From positions 2,046,001 to 2,110,000 of the forward strand of contig JAYWIR010000022.1 in assembly GCA_036172245.1 (NCBI GenBank): a stretch of 64,000 nucleotides of DNA, written 5' to 3'. The position numbers were made by a program, and so were the translations under genes. Below the pieces are notes generated by a model that was not told where the DNA came from, searched no databases, and saw only the letters and a list, made by a program, of their open reading frames with translations. Every line of letters starts with the position of its first letter. The first letter of the stretch is position 1. Source of the stretch: Raillietiella orientalis (Eukaryota). This document shows, in pieces, positions 49,701 to 58,700 of this stretch.

Positions 49701-52700
49701 AAACTTGTGGACTTTGCTCCAGCGTTCCACCTTGGTGGGCAGCAGGGAATGTCCGAAGCGGAAGGCAGAGGTGATGAACTCGGCGAGAGCGCTCGGATTA
49801 ACCGTGGGGTCATATCCATTCCAATATCCCTGGGGACGTTCGAAAAGATGCATTGTTTTAAAAAACGGATGGGGTGGAAGGGGAAGGCCGATCCCGATAT
49901 TCTCCCGTTGCTTTCCTCCCCTGTGGGAGCTTCCCAGAGGCTGCTGGAGTAGCTGTGTAAGGAAAACCGGGCAGCGAGGAAGCAACCACTGGCTTTCCCC
50001 TTCGCTCCGCCCGGTGCAGCTCCTCAGCATTCCGGCGGCGTTCCGGGAGTCCCGCCTGGAAGGACAAAATCCAGAAAGTCTTTACCTCTTTCAGCAATTC
50101 CAGGTTGAATCTGCTGACGGTTTCCTTCCCGAGGACAATGGGCAGGAACTCGTTGTAGGTGATGTGCTGGATGGAAGCGACCACGATCCTGCGAGCCTCC
50201 TAAGAACACAGCTCATTCTGTGGGTGACCGGAAAAAGAGCTCTTCCCTCCCCAAAGGGAAGTCGTCGGGACCCTACCGTGCCACCCTCTACTAAGCAGAA
50301 GTTGAGACCCCCTCATTGCCTGAGCGAGAGAGCAACTTGCATCCTTCTCTTTCTTCTTCCCCATCCCTCCTTTCGATCCACGAGGATAGTGGGAAGCGGG
50401 CAGGGAGTATCCCTCATCGGTACAGGCCGAACTCTGTTTGATTGGGTGATCGGGCGAGGAGTTTTTGTGAGGTCATTGCGCGCATGTCCCTCCCTGGTGG
50501 TGGTGGCGATCAACGAAGTAAACAAAAAAGACCGGATCTGAGATGGTGGCGACCCTTGTTAGGGATCTTCGACGGGGGGGTACAGGACTGACTCTGGTTT
50601 CGTGCGAGGGTCAACCTGGGAGCCTTCGGCCAGTTCTTATCGAGAGTCGCCACGAAAGTTCCGCCATTCCGAAAAGCCAGGCTCTGCCGCGGGAACTGGG
50701 CCGGCGCTTACGCCAGTTGAGGACGAGGAATGGACGAAGAATTGGACCAGGAACAGGGAGGGGAGATTAAATGCGATCCAAGCGAGCAAACCGGATCGTC
50801 CTCTCGTGGAGATCAACAGGTCTCCCGAGATCGCGCTTCGGAGGATTTGTTTGGACCTCTTGAGGAGAGGTCTGAGTACGGCACGTGGTAGTCGTTTCGG
50901 AATGGAGAGATAGACTGGCATGGAGGCTTCCGACACTCGCATTATTCTTCTTCCTCTCCTTCCGTACTTGCAGTGCCCCTCTCATGGAATAAATTTGTCT
51001 TCGGAAGCCCTTGGATCCGTCGGAGAGAGCCCTCGCCCAAAGTCTTGTTTCCCCTCCTCCCACCCCTCAGTGGAAAAGAAGGTTCTCGAACGGAAGAATG
51101 GTGGCACGCTGCCAAGAGATAGTCTCTTGCCGGGGCGCCCTCGACAATTCCAATTGCTTAGGAGAATCTTTCGCATCGACGAAGGTTGCCAAGGCGCCGA
51201 ATCCCCTTTTTCTCCCCCTCCCTCCCTCTCTCGGCGACGAGAAGACCCCCGGCTGAGCCAACCAGCTCCTGCAGAGCGGGGTCATCGCGCCGGCAGCCCT
51301 CAGAGACTAGGCGGATCCGGAAGCTTCCCCCATGGGGCGAAGTGAGGGACGGCGGAGGTTTTCTCGCAGCTACCGGAAGCCTGGAAGTCTGTCGCACTGG
51401 TCGGGGGAGGCCGTGGCCGGATTCCCTGCTCCCGGAGGCGAAACGCGCGAGCAGTGGCGGCAGCTACTTCCAAAGGAGAGGGCTCTTGCCCGCTGGTTGG
51501 CTCGGAGGAAGAGGACGCGCGTCGAGCGGCGACCGCGACTCCTGCAGGAGCGAAGCTCACCTGGTACAGAGTCTCGTCGTTCCAGTGGTGGTTGATCGCC
51601 GACAAGTGGGTGGCAATCCGATTGTGCTCGCGGAACATGAGCGTGTGCATGATGGTCAGGATGAGCTGCTCGTTGACTCTCAGTTCCCCTGAGGGGTGTC
51701 TCAGTAGTAGGAGGGAGGCCTTTCTTCGGCGGAGTTCGACTCACCTGCCTGAAAGCAAAACTCGGAGATGTTGGCCCGGATGCACCTCGAGTTGGGTCGG
51801 TCCAGACGAAGGGGTAAAAGTTCTCTCAAACCATACTCCGCGAAGATGTGGTACATTCTCATCCTCCCTCCTTCAAATTCCCTGAGGCTCCTGATCCCAA
51901 GACCAGATTAGGATCACCGTCCATTCGGTCTTACCTGGCATCCCTATCGTTCCCGCCATAAATGGTGTTCCCATCGATGACCGAAGCGAGAAGGTTGAAC
52001 TGGGTTTGGTATCCTATAAGGACGAAAGAATCAGGCGGCTTCCATAGAGGCAACCAGCAGGCTGCCGCGAAACGAGCAGCCTTGTTTGCAACACTCGACG
52101 ATGCGATTTCAGAAAAAAAAACCAGCAGTCACCCTCAGCTTTCCGTTCCCATGGTGAAGATGCGAACTGTATCCTAAAAGTCCCCTGCCCTCGAAGGAGT
52201 AGGTGATGCGATCGAACCGCTTGGATGGAAGGTGCCATTCGCTGACGGTGGTTCCCTCAACTCGATGGTACCAATTGGCTGCGAAGAACGCAGTTCTTGG
52301 CAGTCAACCGATGGAATACGGTCCAGCGACGCTCTTCGCGATGCATCTCGAAAGCTGACCACGGCCCCCGACCCGAACGACAGACACTCTAAGGAACGGT
52401 AGGGTTCGTCGGGCACAGCAACGCCGAAGCGAAAATCGCCTTCTTTGCCCTCCGGTCCGCTCCCGCAAGAAAAGCATGCTCTCGTTCGAATGACGGCTCG
52501 CTGACCTCGGAAACTGCTCCGGGAATCTGTTTTCGATGTGCCCATTTCCTCAACCTTTTCCTCCGTCCCGATGAGGCAGAAGGAGTAGAGGGAGAGAGAG
52601 GAAAACGATCGAGAGGAGCTGCTCCTGATGCACCGAAGAACTTGGGAATCGGTGTCGGGCACCCGCGGAATCTGCAGATCGAATTGCCTAGTGCCTCCAT

Positions 52701-55700
52701 GGCGATTACCGCCAACGTATGCCCCGTCTCTTGGAAAGCGCTCATGGGAAACCCCTACTCTACCATGTTGCCAGATGGTGAACATCCAGAGTACTCACAG
52801 GGAGCGACATCGACTGGAGGACGGGGGGAGGGGCAGTGCTGTGAGCTTCGCGTGCACCAGAGAGACACTTTCAAGCAGGACTTTGATCGCGGGATCTGCA
52901 GTTTCCCTTTTGTGCCTTCAGGCAGAAACGGCTGCATGGCTACGAGTGCTTCGCGCGGCTAGCGTGTTCTGCTCCATCCAGCGCAAAGAGACGACGACTC
53001 CCGACGAAATATTCGCATACCACCATCGAAGATTCATGTAGCAGATCTTCACACATTTTCTTTCCTTTTCTGTTTTTCTCTTTCCTTTTTGGTTGCTTGT
53101 TTTTCGAAATATCCAGAGGTGTCCGGTCTTGGGTAGAAGGCCGCCGCGTGGTTGAGCATGGTCTGCATAGACATGCACTGAGAGGATTGACCTTTTCCCA
53201 GCTCCCAGTAACAACAACGGCGCTGATTTTTTTGTTGACGGGGAACCAGCGTATCTGACATCTTGTGTGTCTCCGGATAGCGAATTGGGATAAAGATGCC
53301 GTAGGGACTGTTTGGAGAAGATGGCCCTTCACATTGTGCCAGAAATGCATTGGCGAGGAACAGATGAAGCAAAAAATGTGATGCGTCCACATGGCATAGG
53401 ATGACCGCAATGTCTACACTTCGTCTGTCGCGCACACGGACAGCCATTCAGCTTCTTTTCGCAGGGAAACACGGGAACGGGAGAACAAGCGCATGCACGA
53501 CAGCGATTTCCCGATTCGAGGAGATTCAGGGGTGTTTGTAAACACTCCTGAGCTGAGGAAACAACGGGTCCATGCAAGACGCACACCGCTACCACGCCCC
53601 TGCCATCCACTGCTTCCTTCTCCACAGTCGGCCCCATGATCCACTCGTACTTACGAGCTGCTCACGAGTACATACGAGAACAAGGAGAGCTCAAATGCGA
53701 TCCGAGAGAGCAAACCGGATCGATCTCTCGTGTGTCTGACGTATGTATCGACAGATCTCCCGAGATCGCGCTCCGGAGGATTTGTCCTGGACCCCTTGAA
53801 GAGAGATTCGAGTGCGGTACGTAGTCATTTCGAAATCGCGCAGGCAATGCAACTCGGTCACGTGTTCTCCGGCTCCTCTGATTGCACTCAGGGGGCTCTC
53901 ACACCGGTCGCCGAAGACACACAGGTTTTCCAGCAGGTTTCTTCGCCGCCGCTTCCTTTGACCTGGTGGCATCTCCGAGTACCGCACTGCATGGTGGCGA
54001 GCGCCCGAACCTTCGCAGACTCTTTCCTAGTTCTTGTCTATGGGGTTGCATGCTCCGAGCGTGCCACCTGCGAAGGCGATAAAAACAACCCCAGCATCCT
54101 CACAGGGAAGTACACATTCCCTCCTTCCCGTCTCCGATGGCTGCGTGCCTAGGAAGAAGGAAAGGGCGGAGCGTGGCTTCCGGGACATGGACTGGGGACT
54201 CGACCGCAGACGCTCTCGCCAGAAACCGAAGACTTTCAGGAACGTCCGGCTTGAGGTCGCGCGAAGCAGATGCACTCTCTCTCTGGCGTGCGATCACCAG
54301 AGCAGCTGCGCCTCGAGTCATGACGGAACTCCAGACGTCACGGATTAAAAGAAAGAAAGAGTCTGCCGAGACGGGACTCCGTCCCGCCTTTATTTATCGA
54401 GAATTCCCCCAGCCGCGGAGCTTGGCAATAGCAGCGTAGGAAGCAGGCGGAGGAGGACGTATTCCAGATCATTTCAAGATCGACTGCAGATGCCTCGAAT
54501 GATGCGATCCGGTGTGGTCAAATCCCCCACGAAGCGCTTCGCACTGACCAGAAACAGTACGTCGCTGCCGCGCAGACGCGCATGAGATCAGACACACGCA
54601 CACCCCTCCCCTCCCTCTTCTCCTGGGATTTTCTGCAGAGCCGGATCTCCCGAACCTCCCACATCCTCGCATTGGTGAATTTTTAAACTTTTGGGAAGAA
54701 ATTGTGAATCTTCTAATCCGAATTGTATGCCATTCAGGTAAAGCTGAAGGCAAGGGACCACGAATGACCTGAAGCTGAGCAGCTGAAGGGTCACGCGAAC
54801 CCCCATCCAATTCCAATTTAAGTCTCTTGTGATCGTCTGAACCCTTGATGCTTCCGCAAAAGCTCACCTAATCTGCAATCCTGTCTTTGTCCGGGATGAC
54901 CTCGGTGAAATTCTATGCACTTGACGCGGTAGCGGCTGAAGAAGGCGTCGTTGTCTGGAATGGTGATTTCGTAGCAGTAAGGACCCTTGATGGGTGTGTT
55001 GCAGCAGTCTTCTTTGTCGTTCAAATCTTCGTCTGATGGGAAACAAGAATTAGTGGGTTCACTGGTCCCGCAGAGAGTTGTGATCCGGGACCCTGGAAGC
55101 GTCAGAACAAAACGGAGCAACCGGAAGTGGCTTCCTGGGGAGATCAGATCCGCTTCTTGAAAAAATCGGAAAACCGTAAAGTTCGATTCCCACAGCATGG
55201 AGTCATCATCTAAAGAGCGCTCTTTCTCTCTTCCTGGGCTGTCGAGAGCCTGAGCAACCGGCAACTTGTCTGGCACAGGCAATTTCAAAAGGCCCTGAAT
55301 AGGAAGTGAAGCTCCTGACAGCAGCCTCAGTTCATCCCAGACTGGCGTGCGAAAGAGACAGTTCGTCAGCCATGGTGCCTTACTGGACTGAGAGGAATCT
55401 GCATCCATTGGAAAAACCCTGGTCCAGGACTCTGAGAGTGCGCTTGCTGGATCCCCAGTGAGGATCGCAAGCAAACCGTCGGTGGTCTAATGCCCCTCCC
55501 CTACGTGCTGTCCCATGTAGCCACCGATTGGCTCCACGCGTCCCATCCTCCTCTTCGACTTGCCGCCCTGTCAGCACCACCAGTGCTCTTTAGAAAGCCG
55601 CCGCCCTCTGCCCCACCAGAAGCGAAAGGAGTCCTGGAACAGACACCTGGACACGAAAGGAGGACGGACAAATCACCCGCTCCGAAGCACCACGGAATGG

Positions 55701-58700
55701 AGATCGAGCAAAGAGCGCGGCCTTAAAGAGCACTTCAGAGTTTCCTTCCTTCCCGATCTCGTGGTAGCCGCAGTCCCCGTCTTCGTGAACCATTCGCTGC
55801 TAGCGAAATGAACTGGTTCCAATCGAAAGAGAGAGAGATCGGGAAGGAAACTGCGCAGAAGGTGCGTGGTTGCTAAGCGAATAAAAGATCCCTTTAAGAA
55901 AGGTGAACGGACAACCTCCGCATGCGAAGCGAAAGCAGCGGCGATCCCTGCTTTCACCTCTCTAATTGATTCTCGTTCATCGTGAAGGTGAAGCTGGAAA
56001 ACAGACGACGAGCTTCGCTGCCCGAGCCGAACCCTGCGTCTTCGACGATCTTCGTCACCCAGTGCGCGCTCGGATTCGCTCCTTTCCCGAGATGGTGACC
56101 GCCATTGCGGGGCACTAAGGCTGCGCAAAGAACCGGCGTTCGAGGGAAAACAGAAGGTGGCTGTACCCAAGGCAGTCGAAGTGAGGGTTATGTCGTGGTC
56201 CATGAACTGTCCCCAGGACACTATGAACAGCGTTCCTGCGTGGTCGTGGTAATCCGGCCCTCCGTGGGCCGCCACCGAAACGAGCCGTGGGTTTGGGAGT
56301 CCGGCCTGCTCGAAGCCTCTCCTCGGAATGCTGATCCCGTCGCCGTACTCGGGAGGCACCAACCTGCCCGGCAGAAAGAAAAAGAAGCACATGAGCACCT
56401 CGAGTCCGGCAGAAATGCGCCTTTTTCCCCCTTTTTTTGTATTTATTTATCCTTTCCTTCTCGTCCAGAGGAAAAGAAAAGAAAGCAGCATGGTTGAAAA
56501 CGAAAGTGTCCGAGCGCAGTTTGCGCTCATATTCCGCTTTTCCCAAAGTCGGAAAGGGGAGAAAAGCCAGCGCGGGCAGCGTGCTCGCGCGTGCAGCTGA
56601 GGGTGAAGACAAGGTAGCTCGCGCGTTCGGGGGGGAGAGGGGATCCAGCATCTGCTGCGCTTAGAAAGGAGACCGCGGAAGCTGCGCTTCGGACCGTACG
56701 CGCGCGCTCCCTAGCCTTGCCCTCCTTCCCCGCTTGCTCCAGGAGCTGCCGCCTCTGCAGCCGTTCCAGGAGCGCCGCCTCCCCCGTTCCGCGGACTCCG
56801 AGCTTTACCTCTCGAAAACCGCTCTGGTGGCGCCCCAGCTGGGGAAGACCAGGTTGTTGCACAGCCCGTCGTAGCGGCGGTATTTGCCGGCGATGCATTG
56901 GATGGGAGACACGTAATCAGGGCAGATGGAAGCGATCAGCGTCTTCGTCGTGTCGATCTTCGGGAGCGCCTCCGCTATTTCCTGGAAGGTCAGCTGGTAC
57001 CTGGAAAAGGAAAACGCTCGGAAGGAGGAAAGAACGGAGCACCTCTGCGGAAACGACGACGTAGGGGAGAGTGGAATCTTCTGGGATGAAGGAAAAAGGA
57101 GATCCCGCGACTTCTCGCTCCGACTCGGCTTTCTGGAGCCGGGGCGAGTTCGGGAGCTGCAGCCGGGGATCTCCTCCGGCGCAGGCAGGAAGGCCGCAGC
57201 CGGAAGAAGAGGCCTGCGGCCTTCCTGCTTCCTGAGAGCGGCGGGTCGGGAGAAGAGACTCTCACCTCCTGGCCAGGATGCGGGTAACTTCTAGGTTGAC
57301 CTCCGACGACGACGCGATCTCCTCGGCCGTCCACTCTCCCAGCGGGTACCTCACACCTATTTGGGGGCAAAAAAATGTTCAGAGTAGCCTGGACGCATCC
57401 CTAACCGAGCGCGCGGGTGGCGAGCGCCACCCCATACTCACGGAGGTGCTCCATGGCTTGCATGAACGCTTGATTCACCGCGTCGTACGTGATGCATTGC
57501 TCAGCGTTGCTGAAACTGCAGAGAGAATTCCAGACAGCAATGGGCCTTGCGGCAAGCGCGGCTGTTTCTTACGGGACTAAGTTGGCGGCGTTGTAGCCAA
57601 AGGGGTTCTGCCTGGGAGCCAGCGGCAGTGCACAGCGCGGTGCTGCGGCGGGAAACATTAGCAAGAGGCCACAGACGGCGTAGAAGAGGTTCCTGGATAC
57701 ACAGGGGAGAGAGTGAGTGGAGTGCGCGCGTGCCGACTGGACGCGGAGGAAGAGGATAGGGGGGGGAGGAGCGTGCAAAAAAAAAGAAAGCACGCTCGCT
57801 CCCTTCCGAACCCGATGCACGCGCGCACGCCTTCCCCATTGATCTTTCCTGCCACGCACCCACGCGCGAAGATGAAGATGCACCGTCGCTAGAGGGAAGC
57901 ACGCGACGAGATGCTGGAGGAGACGGCACAATGCTGGAGCACGGGGCGGCGGCCATCTCTCTCCGTCCGAAGGAATTCCCCAGAGGCGGCAGCGGGCGCG
58001 CGCCGGTCCAAAAGCCGCGGCGGAGAGAGGGAACGCCGGGATGGAACGGGGAAGCCCCAGGCGCGCTCCGAAGGCGTTGACACGTCGCTCGCCGGGGCGC
58101 GGCGTCCCGAAGACGGCTTTTCAAGCACGCAGCTCCCGGGAAAGAAGAAAAGGGGGGAGGGGGGGGGAACGGGGTCCACGCGCACCCCGTGGCTGCGGGA
58201 AGTCAGCTCCGAACGGCGGCGGCGAGAGCCAAAGAGACGCCTTTCTGAAACCTCCTCCTTACGGGCCGTCGAAGGCGAGAGTATTTCCCAGCGCGCGTTG
58301 CGCATGCGCTCTTCCACGCCGTTTCTTTTTTTCTTTTCTTTCCGGTTCTCAAGGAGCACCGAAGAACTGCCCACCACCCTACGGGGTCTTACGAAACTCC
58401 TTAACACCGTCCACGCCACCAGAGGGTACATCTGACCCTTCGGGTTGGGGGATCACCCCGAAGGAGCCACCCACCCTGTGGATCCAGGAAGGGCACCGGA
58501 GGAGGAAGGAGTCCTTCCCTCTTGCGCTCTTGGGAGGGGAGGACCCTGGCCCTGGTTGTCTCCGAAAGGAACCACCTCTTCCTTGTTCTTTCCGGAGGGA
58601 CCCCCCGGTTTGTGAGGGTCGCTCCTCGTTTCTTCTCTTAAAGTGCACCCGGAAAGGATCCACTCCTGAAATTTGCTCTCCGGAGGAACTCCCCAGAAGG

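Noticed and set aside
49585..50541. 318-aa ORF on the + strand
   Set aside because: Antisense shadow of gene B exons 11-12 plus GC-rich intron; no protein-like features.
53330..53520. Cys/His-rich traces on the - strand (PMPCG / HIFCFIC) suggesting a RING finger
   Set aside because: Needs several frameshifts to assemble and has no supporting splice structure; not distinguishable from chance without a search.
55033..55474. 147-codon open frame continuous with gene B exon 7, suggesting an extended exon
   Set aside because: A good acceptor at 55033-55034 restores homology and phase; the extension has no peroxidase similarity and seems antisense to an RT remnant.
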